From Solirubrobacterales bacterium (GTDB lineage: Bacteria; Actinomycetota; Thermoleophilia; Solirubrobacterales; Solirubrobacteraceae), in contig JAFAZV010000085.1 of NCBI GenBank assembly GCA_019239445.1, positions 1,820 to 65,819 of the forward strand: DNA of 64,000 nt, given 5' to 3'. A program made the translations under genes and the position numbers. Under the pieces are notes generated by a model. That model saw nothing but the letters and a program-made list of their open reading frames with translations, was not told where the DNA came from and ran no database searches. Position 1 is the stretch's first letter. Every line of letters begins with the position of its first letter. Below, piece after piece: positions 52,266 through 62,717 of the stretch.

Positions 52266-52306
52266 ATCGGTCCAACCCCGTTGGCTTGAAGAGGCGAACT
52301 ACGTAT
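52266..52306. promoter_or_regulatory. tandem putative regulator boxes upstream of the small Zn-motif ORF
   Basis: 52266 ATCGGTCC-AA-CCCCGTTG; 52289 AAGAGGCG-AA-CTACGTAT. Confidence 0.4.
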
Positions 52307-52376
52307 CCGCGCCCGCTGGGGCACAGCTTGGTCTTCGCAGGTCGGGCGCTTGGCGGCCACGGCGCCTACTGAAAGG

Positions 52377-52877
52377 TCAGCCCGATTCCTCGATCGCATG
52401 CAGCTCGTGGACGCGCGAGGCTGCGGACTGCGGGGAGGGCACGATGATCACCGTCCGATCGGCCTGCTGAATGACCGCGTGCGAGACGCTCCCCAGGAGC
52501 ATCGACTTCAGCCCGGAGAGCCCGCGCGAGCCCATCAGGATCGCGCTCGCGCCCACCACGTCGGCCTCAGCAAGGATCGTCTGAGCCATGGTCGCGTCGT
52601 CGGGACGCGTGCGCGCCTCGGCGTCCAGGCCGGCTTGCCGCGCCAGCTCCGCCCCTTCCTGCGCGCGCCGCTCAGCCTCCTTCTGGCTGTTCGCGTCGAT
52701 CTCCTCCATCGTGGCCATGCCGGCCATCGGGCCGAGGCCGGTCGGGTAGCGCGTGAGCACCCTCGCGAATGGCTCCCAGACCGTCAGAACTGTCGCCGCC
52801 TGTCCGCGCAGGAGCTCGCCGCCGTGCGCTACCGCCGCCTTGGCGTCGTCGGATCCGTCGTAGCAGACGAGAATCAA
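52377..52877 (-). CDS. universal stress protein (UspA family)
   Basis: ILVCYDGS, ILMGSRG, LLGSVSHAV. TTG start with GAGGTGAG RBS. Confidence 0.93.
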   Translation of the reverse strand: MILVCYDGSDDAKAAVAHGGELLRGQAATVLTVWEPFARVLTRYPTGLGPMAGMATMEEIDANSQKEAERRAQEGAELARQAGLDAEARTRPDDATMAQTILAEADVVGASAILMGSRGLSGLKSMLLGSVSHAVIQQADRTVIIVPSPQSAASRVHELHAIEESG

Positions 52878-52906
52878 GGGCTCACCTCACCGTCGCTCGA
52901 GAGTAG

Positions 52907-52939
52907 CTGCCGGCCGCCCTGAGCGCAGGCGGCCGGCAG
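52907..52939 (-). terminator. GC-rich stem-loop between gap and usp
   Basis: CTGCCGGCCGCC-9 nt-GGCGGCCGGCAG, perfect 12-bp stem; no U-tract, so terminator or mRNA stabiliser. Confidence 0.55.
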
Positions 52940-52949
52940 ACAGCTCCTC

Positions 52950-53996
<1,047 letters not shown>

Positions 53997-55424
53997 TTAG
54001 TTGACGGTGGGTTGCCGGCCGAGCTCGTCAGCGAGCTCGAGCAGCTCAGCGATCCCCTGCTCGATACCGTCTGCCAGTACGTCGATGTCAGGGGTGGATT
54101 CGCTATCGGCGATCACGCCGAAGGTGACGAGTCCGTTGAAGGAGAAGATCGCGATCCCGACGGCGTGGTCGGCGGCCAGCGGCACCACCGGATAGACCTC
54201 GCAAAGTGGTGCGCCGAAGCTGTAGAGCGGCATCTGCGGCCCGGGCACATTGGTGATCGTGAGGTTGAACAGACGCGTCGCGTACAGCGAGCGCGCAACC
54301 GTGGCGTGAAGCACCGGAGGCGCCAGCGCGACCAGGTCCACCATCGTTGACGCGCCGACGGCGGCTCCCGAAGACTTCAGCCGCTCGGTGGCTCGCACGA
54401 TCTGCCGGTGGCGCTCGCGCGGCGACTGCGTCGCGACCGGCAGCTCGACAAATAGTGAGCTGATCCGATTGCCTAGAGCGAGCTGCTCCGTGCTGGCGCG
54501 AAGATTCATCGGGACCATCGCGCGCAGACCTCGGGGCGGCGGCGGTTCGCCGCGGGCTAACAGCAGTTCGCGAAGTCCGGTCGTGCAAGCGGCCAGAACG
54601 GCATCGTTGACCGAGCCGCCGAGCTGGCGCCGCACCGCCTTCAGATCGGCGAGCGTCACCGTTCTCACCCTGTAGCGCCGCGTCGAGCCGATCCGGACGT
54701 TGAGCGAGCTGCGCGGAGCCCCGATCAGCTCGTCGCGCACGATCAGCTCGGCCAGCGAACGTGAGCGCGCCAGCGCCTCACGCGGGTGAAGCGCCGCCTG
54801 GACCCCGGCCTGTGCGGCGTGGGTTCCGGCCTGCGCGGCCTGGATGACCGGCTGCAGCAGCCGCGGAAACTCAGGCCCGCCCGAAGCTTTCGGTCGCGCC
54901 TGCGCGTGCGGGCCGGCTTGCACCGCTGGCGGAGAGGGCTCGGAATCGAGCAGCAGGTAGGCGACGTTGACCGAGCCCACCCCGTCAACCAGGCAGTGGT
55001 GGGTCTTATGAGCGATCGCCCAGCGTCCGTCCTTCAGCCCTTCGATCAGCGCCACCTCCCAGAGCGGGCGGGTGCGGTCGAGGCGGTGCGAGTAGAAGTC
55101 GGCCGCCCAGTCACAGAGCTCGCGCACGCCTCCTGGGACGGGGAGCACAACGTGACTGATGTGGGCATCGATGTCGAAGCGTTCGTCCTCGGTCCAGCGC
55201 GGCCAGGAGAACCTGCCTGTGCGAGCGGAGGACAGCCGCTGCGCATAGCGCGGCAGCTGGTCGAGCCGCCGAGCGAGGTCGACTCGAAGGTCCTCCACAT
55301 GCGGCGAGCCGCCGCCCGGCAGCGCCTCGAACACCATCACGCCGCCGATGTGCATGAGCGCGCCCTCATCCTGCTGCTCCAGCTCGAGGAAAGTGGCGTC
55401 GAGCGGCGTCAGGGCGTCCGTCAT
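53997..55424 (-). CDS. wax ester synthase / diacylglycerol acyltransferase (WS/DGAT, Tgs-like)
   Basis: LTPLDATFL, MHIG, LDRTRPLWE, catalytic HHCLVDG, TNVPGP. Confidence 0.94.
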   Translation of the reverse strand: MTDALTPLDATFLELEQQDEGALMHIGGVMVFEALPGGGSPHVEDLRVDLARRLDQLPRYAQRLSSARTGRFSWPRWTEDERFDIDAHISHVVLPVPGGVRELCDWAADFYSHRLDRTRPLWEVALIEGLKDGRWAIAHKTHHCLVDGVGSVNVAYLLLDSEPSPPAVQAGPHAQARPKASGGPEFPRLLQPVIQAAQAGTHAAQAGVQAALHPREALARSRSLAELIVRDELIGAPRSSLNVRIGSTRRYRVRTVTLADLKAVRRQLGGSVNDAVLAACTTGLRELLLARGEPPPPRGLRAMVPMNLRASTEQLALGNRISSLFVELPVATQSPRERHRQIVRATERLKSSGAAVGASTMVDLVALAPPVLHATVARSLYATRLFNLTITNVPGPQMPLYSFGAPLCEVYPVVPLAADHAVGIAIFSFNGLVTFGVIADSESTPDIDVLADGIEQGIAELLELADELGRQPTVN

Positions 55425-55457
55425 GCTGTCAAGCTACGCGGGCAGCCGCGACTCATC

Positions 55458-55498
55458 ATCGGGAACGCAGCACGACCCAGGTCAGTACTTTTCCGCGG
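55458..55498. promoter_or_regulatory. tandem putative regulator boxes between divergent WS/DGAT and the phaB-like gene
   Basis: 55458 ATCGGGAA-CG-CAGCACGA; 55481 GTCAGTAC-TT-TTCCGCGG. Confidence 0.3.
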
Positions 55499-55595
55499 TC
55501 GACCCGCGGCGCAAGCTTGATTTGACGCGGGTTCCTGGCTGGACTACGGTCACGCCCTGATCCTGCACTTCGGCGACCTAGGGAGGAGCCAGGTC

Positions 55596-56456
55596 ATGAG
55601 CACACAAGTTCCCGGCGCGGAGACCGGCGCTACGCCCGTTCCCGGCCACGAGACCTTTCCTGCCGATCACCGCCGCCCGCGGATGCACGGCAAGGTGGTC
55701 TTCGTCACTGGCGGAACGCGGGGGATTGGCGCTGCGATCTCGCGCAGTTTCGCCGAGCAGGGCGCGGTCGTCGCCGCCGGCTACGGCGGCAACCGCGAAC
55801 AGGCGGAGCAGCTGCTGCACCAGCTTCGCGACCACGACGTGGACGCGAGCGTCCACCGGGGTAACGTCGGCTCGGCCGAGGACTGCCGGCGCACCATCGG
55901 TGAGGTGATCGAGAGCCACGGCCGGCTCGACGTCCTGGTCAACAACGCCGGCATTACGATCGACAAGACCGTCCTGAAGATGAGCGACGAGGATTGGTAC
56001 AAGGTGATCGCGGTCAACCTGTCGGGCGCTTTCTTCATGTCGCAGGCCGCCCTGCCGCACATGATCGAGCGCGGCTCGGGACGGATCATCAACATCTCTT
56101 CGATCATCGGCGAGACCGGCAACATCGGCCAGGCCAACTACGCCGCGTCGAAGTCCGGGCTGTTCGGCCTGACCAAGACCCTCGCGCGCGAGGCCGCCTT
56201 CCAGCTCAAGAAGGCGGGCAAGCTCGACGAGGACGCGCTCGGGATCACAGTGAACACAGTTGCTCCCGGCTTCATCGCCACCGACATGCTCGAGCACGTC
56301 CCCGAGAAGGTGCTCGACAACATCAAGTCGCAGATCCCGGTAGGGCGCCTGGGACGGCCCGACGAGATCGCTCGCGTGGTGCACTTCCTCGCGTCCGACT
56401 ACTCGTCGTTCATCACCGGCCAGGTGTGGAACGTCAACGGCGGCCAGGAGATGTAG
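55596..56456 (+). CDS. acetoacetyl-CoA / 3-oxoacyl reductase (PhaB/FabG SDR)
   Basis: TGGTRGIG, NNAGIT, GNIGQANYAASK, PGFIATDM, NVNGG. Confidence 0.9.
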   Translation: MSTQVPGAETGATPVPGHETFPADHRRPRMHGKVVFVTGGTRGIGAAISRSFAEQGAVVAAGYGGNREQAEQLLHQLRDHDVDASVHRGNVGSAEDCRRTIGEVIESHGRLDVLVNNAGITIDKTVLKMSDEDWYKVIAVNLSGAFFMSQAALPHMIERGSGRIINISSIIGETGNIGQANYAASKSGLFGLTKTLAREAAFQLKKAGKLDEDALGITVNTVAPGFIATDMLEHVPEKVLDNIKSQIPVGRLGRPDEIARVVHFLASDYSSFITGQVWNVNGGQEM

Positions 56457-56462
56457 GCAACC

Positions 56463-57632
56463 TCACAACGAGTGCTCTAGCACGCCCTCCAGCAGCGGCG
56501 GCCAGTGGTCGTGCAGGGCCTTGTGGCTCATGAACAGCCCCAAGTGCCCGCCCGTGGTGACATCGCGGACGATCCGCTCCGGCGGCGTGCCGACGAGCGA
56601 GGCGATCGCGAACACCTGATCCGGCGGCGTGATGTGATCGGTGGCGCCGGCGAGTAGGTTCAACGGCATCTCGATCCGGCCGAGGTTCACTCGTTGCCCG
56701 CGCACCTCCAACTCGCCTGCGATCAATTCGTTGTCGCGGAACAGGTGGCGCACGATCCAAAGGTAGAAGCCGCCGGGGATGTCCTGCGTGTGCTTGAACC
56801 AGTTCTCGAACTCGCGATAGCGAGCGACATGAGCGGCGTCGTCGATGTGCGCCAGCAACTCCATCTGCCGCGAGATCTCATCGCCCGGATTGATCATGAT
56901 GAACCCGGCGAGCATGTGCTCGCCCTTGAGCACGCCGCCATCAGCGGCCACGAGAGCTTCGTAGAAGCCCAAGTCTCCGGCGGGCGCGAGGTGGCGGAGA
57001 ACCTCGTGGATCACAGGTTCGCCGGCGTGGAAGTCAATCGGGGCCCCAGCCAGCGTGAGCGTGTTGACGCGCTCGGGATACAGCGCCGCATAGACCGTCG
57101 CCAGCCACCCGCCTTGGCAGTCGCCGATGAGGTTGACGCGCCCGCCGGCGTACTCGACGGCGCGGTCGATCAGGTCGAGGTAATCGTCGATCGTCGCGTC
57201 GGCGGTCTCCCGCGTTGCGCCAAGCCAGTCCAGCGAGATGGCCCGCTCCAGGCCTGCCGCGAGGACGGCACCCATCTGGCTCTGCTCGGGCGTGTAGTCG
57301 ACGATGCACGAGTCGTGCCCGGCCTGCGGGGGCAGCACCAGCGTGGGTACGACGTTCGGATGCCGGGGACGGGCGCGGGAGAAGTCGCGCAGGCGCCCGA
57401 CCGGGGCTTCGAACACGATCTTGTGCGGCGTAGTCCAAGCCGGCGGACGGCGCTCGGCGATCAACGCCAGCCAGCGCGAGATTTCGAGCGGCCCGAGTCC
57501 TTTCGTCAGCGCCGCCCCAGCAAAATCGCCGAGGCTCTTCAGGGCGATCTCCCAACCCTCGGCCCAACTTTCGAGCAGCCCGGACGGCGTAACCGCCGAG
57601 GGAACGGCGAAGCTATGCGATGAGGCTGTCAT
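56463..57632 (-). CDS. Cys-nucleophile alpha/beta hydrolase, PhaC/PhaZ (DUF3141-like) family
   Basis: PPQAGH, lipase-like box GDCQGG, GATDHIT, GGHLG (Cys-Asp-His triad). Confidence 0.82.
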   Translation of the reverse strand: MTASSHSFAVPSAVTPSGLLESWAEGWEIALKSLGDFAGAALTKGLGPLEISRWLALIAERRPPAWTTPHKIVFEAPVGRLRDFSRARPRHPNVVPTLVLPPQAGHDSCIVDYTPEQSQMGAVLAAGLERAISLDWLGATRETADATIDDYLDLIDRAVEYAGGRVNLIGDCQGGWLATVYAALYPERVNTLTLAGAPIDFHAGEPVIHEVLRHLAPAGDLGFYEALVAADGGVLKGEHMLAGFIMINPGDEISRQMELLAHIDDAAHVARYREFENWFKHTQDIPGGFYLWIVRHLFRDNELIAGELEVRGQRVNLGRIEMPLNLLAGATDHITPPDQVFAIASLVGTPPERIVRDVTTGGHLGLFMSHKALHDHWPPLLEGVLEHSL

Positions 57633-57685
57633 CCTTGCCTCCTTCGGCGGCGCCCGTTCTCCGGCGCGCCACCGCTTTCGGTTGG

Positions 57686-57724
57686 TGCTTGCACATTAGC
57701 AGCTTCCTTGCAAATGTGCAAGCA
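57686..57724. promoter_or_regulatory. perfect 12-bp inverted repeat upstream of the PhaC/Z-like gene (operator or terminator)
   Basis: TGCTTGCACATT-15 nt-AATGTGCAAGCA. Confidence 0.55.
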
Positions 57725-57752
57725 AGCCCCAGAGGGGGCGACAAAAAGATAC

Positions 57753-60272
57753 CTACGTTCGCACGGAGGAAATCGGCGCCGGCATGGGGGCCGTCTCTAC
57801 CCGCACGCGAACCTGCCGAACCTGGGCTTCGCCCGCGGGCTCGATTTCGAGCTCGCCGTCGAATTCGACGATCTCGGGATGATTCTCGACCATCGCGCTG
57901 ACGCGCAGCAGGACACCCTCGATTGCCCTGCGGGCCTGCGGTGCGGCGCTTTCGCCGTTTTGTAACGCGGCCCGGACCGCCGGCGAGTCGACCATCTCGA
58001 CCGCGTCCTCCGGACTAAGCGGCGTGATCCGCACGCAGGCGTCTCCGGAGATCATGCCCGCAGTTGTGCCCGGCGCCCCGGCCGCGATCACCGGACCGAA
58101 GCGATGATCGTTGACGACACTCACCGAAAGCGCGGATCCCGCTCGGAGGTCCCTCGACCCCGTCCCGGCTTCATCCCCACCTACCGCGAGTCCGTAGGAC
58201 GCCAGCAGCGCCGTGCGCTCCGCCGTGCTCAACCATCCCGAACCGGCGGCGAGGCGCTTGCTGATCGCTGCCGCCGCCCGCTCCGGCCTCACGTCCGGGA
58301 GCTCGACCTCGGTGCGCGGCGGCCGAGCCCGCCAGCGGCCGTACCGGGCCGCCAGGGCGACAGCGCGCGCGGCGTCCTCGGGAAGCTCGTAACCCGGTAC
58401 CCGGGAGCGGCCAGAGCATAGTTCTGGCGGTGGGCGCTCGCGCGTCATGAACACTGCCGCCACCGCTACCTCGGCCTGAGATTCGGCAACCTCACGCACG
58501 GCTCGTGCGACGTCGCTGGCCGCGGTGATGACAGCCGGAGTGAAGAGCACGAGGATCGCGTCGCAAACATCGGCGTCGAGCAGGGTCTGGAGCGTCCGCC
58601 GATAGTCCTCAGCCGACGCCGAGCCCGCCATGTCGACCGGATTGCTGAGCGATGCCCCGTCGGGTAAGAACTCGGCCAGCCGCATCCGGACGGAGCTCGC
58701 GAGCTCCGGCACGTCCACCCCCGCCGCGGTGCAGGCGTCCGCGCACATGATGCCGGGACCGGCAGCGTTGGTCACGATCCCGACGCGTGCGCCGCGCGGG
58801 ACCGGCTGGGCCGAGAGCAGCGCGGCGATCGCGAACAGCTCCCGCATCGTGTCCGCGCGGATCACTCCCGCTTGCTCGAACAGGGCGTCGATCGTTGCGT
58901 CGGCGGTGGGCAGGCGCGCGTCGGACGAGGCGATGGCGCGCGCGCCGGCGGCCGAGCGTCCGCTTTTCACCGCCAGCAGCGGCTTGCGGCGCGCGAACCA
59001 CGGCGCGATCCGCGCGAACTTGCGTGGATTGCCGAACGACTCCAGGTACAGCATCGCCAAATCGGTCCGCGGATCCTGCTCCCAGTAGCGCAGCAGATCG
59101 TTGCCGGAAAGATCGACTTTGTTTCCTACCGAAACGAACGACGAGAGGCCGACACCGAGCCGCCCGGCGACCTCGATCATGACGATGCCCAAGCCACCGC
59201 TCTGAGACATGAAGGCGACTTGCCCCGCCAGCGGTGCGTGAGGAGCGAAGGTCGCGTTGAGCTGGACGTCGGGGGCCGTGTTGAGGACGCCGAGGCAGTT
59301 CGGCCCGACGATCCGGATGCCGGCGTCGCGGCACAGCTCGAGCAGCTCACGTTGACGCTCCGCGCCCTCCTCCCCCGTCTCCGCGAATCCCGAGGAGATC
59401 ACGACAAGCGCCCTGACGCCGGCCGCTGCACACTCGCGCGCCACGTCGACGACGTCCTCGGCCGGCACGGCCACAACCGCGAGGTCGGCGCCACCGGGTA
59501 TGTCGATGACCGAGCGATAGGCGCGGAGTGACTGGACGACCTCAGCGCGATCGTTGACGGCATATACCGCGCCGTGGAACTCGGAGCGCAGCAGGTTGCG
59601 CAGGATCTGCGCGCCGATCGTGCCGGGGCGGCGAGAGGCGCCGATCACCGCGACCGATCGCGGCTCGAGCAGGCTGCGGGAAGCTGCCACGGCCGCGATC
59701 CGCTCGCGATCCTCGAATCGAGCCAGCGCTTCGGCCGAGAGCGAGGTGGGGAATTCGATCTCGATCGCGTCCGGTGTCGAGCGCATGGCCACGGGGAACC
59801 CGCTCTCGCGGAACACCTCGATCATCCGATGGTTGACCGGGAGCACCTCGGCCGTGAACGTCGCCACGCGCTGCTGCTCGGCCACCATCGCGAGATGGGC
59901 GAGCAGGATTGTCGAGATTCCGCGTCCCTGCCACTCGTCGGCGACCAGAAACGCCACCTCGGCACGCTCCTCGTTCTCGCGTACGTAGGCGGCGTGGGCG
60001 ATGATCTCGACGGGGCTGCCGCTCTGGGCGATGAGCGCAAACCGATCTACGTAGTCGACGTCGGCCGCCCACCTCGCCGCTCCGTCGAGGTCCGCCATGC
60101 CGAAGAAGCGAAACGCGATCGACTCCGGGGAAACACGGTCGAGGAAGCTCCGAATCGCGTCCTTGTCGTCCGGCCGGACGGGTCGTACGTGAACGGTCGA
60201 GCCGTCGCGCAGGGCGATGTCGGACTCGTACTCCTCCGGATAAACACCCGTCTGCGTCGACGGTTCGGCCAT
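57753..60272 (-). CDS. GNAT + NDP-forming acyl-CoA synthetase-like fusion (Pat/PatA-type lysine acetyltransferase)
   Basis: N-terminal GNAT (AEVAFLVADEWQGRGI, NHRMIEVF), CoA-binding VAVIGAS, GPNCLG, SQSGG, YLESFGN; ATP-grasp shortened. Confidence 0.87.
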   Translation of the reverse strand: MAEPSTQTGVYPEEYESDIALRDGSTVHVRPVRPDDKDAIRSFLDRVSPESIAFRFFGMADLDGAARWAADVDYVDRFALIAQSGSPVEIIAHAAYVRENEERAEVAFLVADEWQGRGISTILLAHLAMVAEQQRVATFTAEVLPVNHRMIEVFRESGFPVAMRSTPDAIEIEFPTSLSAEALARFEDRERIAAVAASRSLLEPRSVAVIGASRRPGTIGAQILRNLLRSEFHGAVYAVNDRAEVVQSLRAYRSVIDIPGGADLAVVAVPAEDVVDVARECAAAGVRALVVISSGFAETGEEGAERQRELLELCRDAGIRIVGPNCLGVLNTAPDVQLNATFAPHAPLAGQVAFMSQSGGLGIVMIEVAGRLGVGLSSFVSVGNKVDLSGNDLLRYWEQDPRTDLAMLYLESFGNPRKFARIAPWFARRKPLLAVKSGRSAAGARAIASSDARLPTADATIDALFEQAGVIRADTMRELFAIAALLSAQPVPRGARVGIVTNAAGPGIMCADACTAAGVDVPELASSVRMRLAEFLPDGASLSNPVDMAGSASAEDYRRTLQTLLDADVCDAILVLFTPAVITAASDVARAVREVAESQAEVAVAAVFMTRERPPPELCSGRSRVPGYELPEDAARAVALAARYGRWRARPPRTEVELPDVRPERAAAAISKRLAAGSGWLSTAERTALLASYGLAVGGDEAGTGSRDLRAGSALSVSVVNDHRFGPVIAAGAPGTTAGMISGDACVRITPLSPEDAVEMVDSPAVRAALQNGESAAPQARRAIEGVLLRVSAMVENHPEIVEFDGELEIEPAGEAQVRQVRVRVETAPMPAPISSVRT

Positions 60273-60284
60273 CGCCGCTTAATA

Positions 60285-61310
60285 TTGATCGAGCGCGTGC
60301 TGTTCGTACACCATGCCGCTTCGCTCGAGCACGACCCCAGCGCGCTGCTGCCCGAGCATCCGGACACGCCGGCCCGGGTCCAAGCCATCGAAGCCGCGAT
60401 GTCGGGCGCTGGATGGCTGGGCTGCCAGCGCGTGGAGGCTCCCCTCGCGAGCAGCGAAGAGCTGTTGCTTGTGCATCCCGAGGCGCACGTAGCGGCGATC
60501 CAGGCGCTGTGCTCGAGCGGCGGTGGCCAGATCGACGCCGACACGTTCGTCGGTCGGAGCTCCTATGTCGCGGCGCTCCACGCGGCGGGCGGGGTGTGCG
60601 CGATGGTCCGCCAGCTCCTCGCCGACGAGGCGAATACGGGATTCTGCGTCACCCGTCCCGCGGGTCACCACGCCGAGCCCGACCGGGCGATGGGCTTCTG
60701 CCTGTTCAACAACGTCGCCATCGCGGCCGAGTTGGCGAGGCGTGAGCTCCAGGTGGAGAGAGTTTTCATCCTCGACTGGGACGTGCACCACGGCAACGGC
60801 ACTGCCGAGACGTTCCGACGCCGGCGCGATGTCATGTTCGCGAGCATCCACCAGGCAGGTCTGTTCCCAGGCACCGGAGCGCTCAGCGACATGGGCTCGG
60901 GTGAGGGCCTCGGCTACACGATCAACGTCCCGGTCCCGCCGCGCTCCGACGAGGAGGTGTGGCTCTCCGTCCTCGAGCACGTGATCATCCCGGCCGCCGA
61001 GGAGTTCGCTCCTGGGCTGATCCTCGTCTCCGCCGGCTTCGACGCCCACCGCGCCGATCCACTCGGCGGGTGTCGGCTCGAGACGGAGTCCTTCGCGCAG
61101 ATGGCTTGCCAAATACGTGACCTGGGCGAGCGGCTTGGCGCGCCCGTCGGCGCCGTTCTGGAGGGCGGCTACAACCCAAGCGTGCTCGCCAACTGCATCC
61201 TCGCCACCGTCGCCGCCCTCGGCGGCCAGGGCAGCGCGGAATCACTCGCCCCCGATCCGCTGATCACCTCGCGCGTGGCCTCCCACGTCAGTCACTTCTG
61301 GTCGCTCTGA
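60285..61310 (+). CDS. Zn-dependent histone-deacetylase-family (AcuC/HDAC class II-like) deacylase
   Basis: HPDTPAR, RPAGHHA, GFCLFNN, DWDVHHGNG, SAGFDAH, LEGGY. Start TTG 60285 or GTG 60297. Confidence 0.92.
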   Translation: MIERVLFVHHAASLEHDPSALLPEHPDTPARVQAIEAAMSGAGWLGCQRVEAPLASSEELLLVHPEAHVAAIQALCSSGGGQIDADTFVGRSSYVAALHAAGGVCAMVRQLLADEANTGFCVTRPAGHHAEPDRAMGFCLFNNVAIAAELARRELQVERVFILDWDVHHGNGTAETFRRRRDVMFASIHQAGLFPGTGALSDMGSGEGLGYTINVPVPPRSDEEVWLSVLEHVIIPAAEEFAPGLILVSAGFDAHRADPLGGCRLETESFAQMACQIRDLGERLGAPVGAVLEGGYNPSVLANCILATVAALGGQGSAESLAPDPLITSRVASHVSHFWSL

Positions 61311-61330
61311 GCTCCTCGTCTGACTCGGCG

Positions 61331-61348
61331 TTCGGTAGTTCTCCGCAT
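61331..61348. promoter_or_regulatory. putative 18-bp regulator box upstream of the CBS gene
   Basis: TTCGGTAG-TT-CTCCGCAT. Confidence 0.5.
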
Positions 61349-61447
61349 TCGCGTGCGAGGACGTCCCGATGCGCCCGCGGCGAGCCGGCGGGAAGCTGAG
61401 CCGATGCGCACGCTCGATTGGCACGACTTCGCGCGACGCACGGTCCG

Positions 61448-61849
61448 ATGGCGCTGAGACTTGATCACGTTCGCGTCCGCGACGTCATGCACAACCGCAT
61501 CCTCAGCTGCGCACCTGTGCTGCCGCTGAGCGACGTTGCCGCAGTCATGGCCAAGAACCGCGTTCACGCAGTGGCGATCACGGAGCCCGGCGCCAGCCGT
61601 CCGCTGGGCGTGGTCTCCGACCGCGAGGTGGTCGCAGCGGTGGCAACTGGCGTTCAGCTCAGCGCGGGCGAGGCCGTGAGCTCGGAGCAGCCAACGGTCT
61701 CGGCCAACGAGCGCGTCCGGCGCGCCGCCCAGCTGATGAGCGAGCATGGCGTGTCTCATCTGGTCGTGGTGGACGCGGCCGGCGGCTTTCCAGTCGGGAT
61801 CGTGTCGTCTCTAGACATCGCGGCAATTTACGCGCAGGGCGTCGAATAA
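61448..61849 (+). CDS. stand-alone CBS-pair protein
   Basis: VRDVM, LGVVSDRE, AAQLMSEHGVSHLVVVD, GIVSSLDI. Confidence 0.9.
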   Translation: MALRLDHVRVRDVMHNRILSCAPVLPLSDVAAVMAKNRVHAVAITEPGASRPLGVVSDREVVAAVATGVQLSAGEAVSSEQPTVSANERVRRAAQLMSEHGVSHLVVVDAAGGFPVGIVSSLDIAAIYAQGVE

Positions 61850-61986
61850 CTCGGCCCGGCGCGCCGGCAGGGCGCTGGCCCGCACGCGCGCAGGGTGCTG
61901 GTCAGGGGGCGAGTCCGTGCTTTCCCACACGCCGTGCGCGCATTTCTGGGGAGGACTCGGCGTCCCGCGCCGACTACGTTGCGCTT

Positions 61987-62661
61987 ATGCCCTCCTACCT
62001 GCACCTGGCGTCCACATCGTCGGCGGTAGCCACGCCCGGGCTCGGGGGCGCGATCAAGGTGGTGCTCGCGGACGATCACGCGTCCGTGCGGCGCAGTCTG
62101 CGTACCCTGCTCGACGCAGAGGAGGGCGTTGAGGTGATCGCTGAGGCTTCGGACCTCGCCGCGGCGCGAGAATCGGTGAGCGGAGACCTCCCGCAGGTCC
62201 TCGTGCTCGACCTCGAGATGCCGAACAGCCTCCCGACGATCGGGCGCCTGCGCGCGAGTTCTCCCGGCACCGAGATCGTCGTGCTGACGATGGACGAAAG
62301 CCCGGTGTTCGCACAGCGGGCAATCAACGCCGGGGCGCTCGGCTTCGTGCTCAAGCACAAGGCGGATGCCGAACTGCTCGTGGCCGTGCGAGCTGCCGCG
62401 CGCGGCGAGGAGTACGTCAGCCCGGCGGTGGCAAACCGGCTCGAGCGCCTGCGCAACGCGATCGGAGAAGGCAGCCTTAGCCCCCGCGAGCTCGAGGTCC
62501 TGCGCCTCATCGCGCTCGGCTACACGAGCGCCGAGATCGCGACGCAGCTACGCCTTTCGCGCCGAACGATTGACAGTCATCGGGCCCGGATCCACCGCAA
62601 ACTGGGCCTCACCACCCGGGCCCAGCTGGTGCGCTATGCGCTCAGCGGGCAGTTGATCTGA
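61987..62661 (+). CDS. NarL/FixJ-family response regulator (REC + LuxR HTH)
   Basis: LADDH, VLDLEMP (phospho-Asp), LTM, FVLK, LSPRELEVLRLIALGYTSAEIA. Confidence 0.93.
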   Translation: MPSYLHLASTSSAVATPGLGGAIKVVLADDHASVRRSLRTLLDAEEGVEVIAEASDLAAARESVSGDLPQVLVLDLEMPNSLPTIGRLRASSPGTEIVVLTMDESPVFAQRAINAGALGFVLKHKADAELLVAVRAAARGEEYVSPAVANRLERLRNAIGEGSLSPRELEVLRLIALGYTSAEIATQLRLSRRTIDSHRARIHRKLGLTTRAQLVRYALSGQLI

Positions 62662-62717
62662 CCCACGTGCGCCTCCCGCCGTGGGTCTAAACTCGGCCCG
62701 GGATACAGAGGGAGGCA

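Noticed and set aside
57753-60272. ADP-forming acetyl-CoA synthetase supplying fermentative ATP
   Set aside because: The phospho-His motif is absent, the ATP-grasp is truncated and an N-terminal GNAT is present, all favouring an acetyltransferase.
59574-60284. N-terminal 237-aa extension of the HDAC ORF; likewise upstream extensions of tpiA, ACAD, etfB, ppdK, eno and the ABC ATPase
   Set aside because: They overlap neighbouring genes or promoters and are low-information; family homology begins at the downstream starts used.
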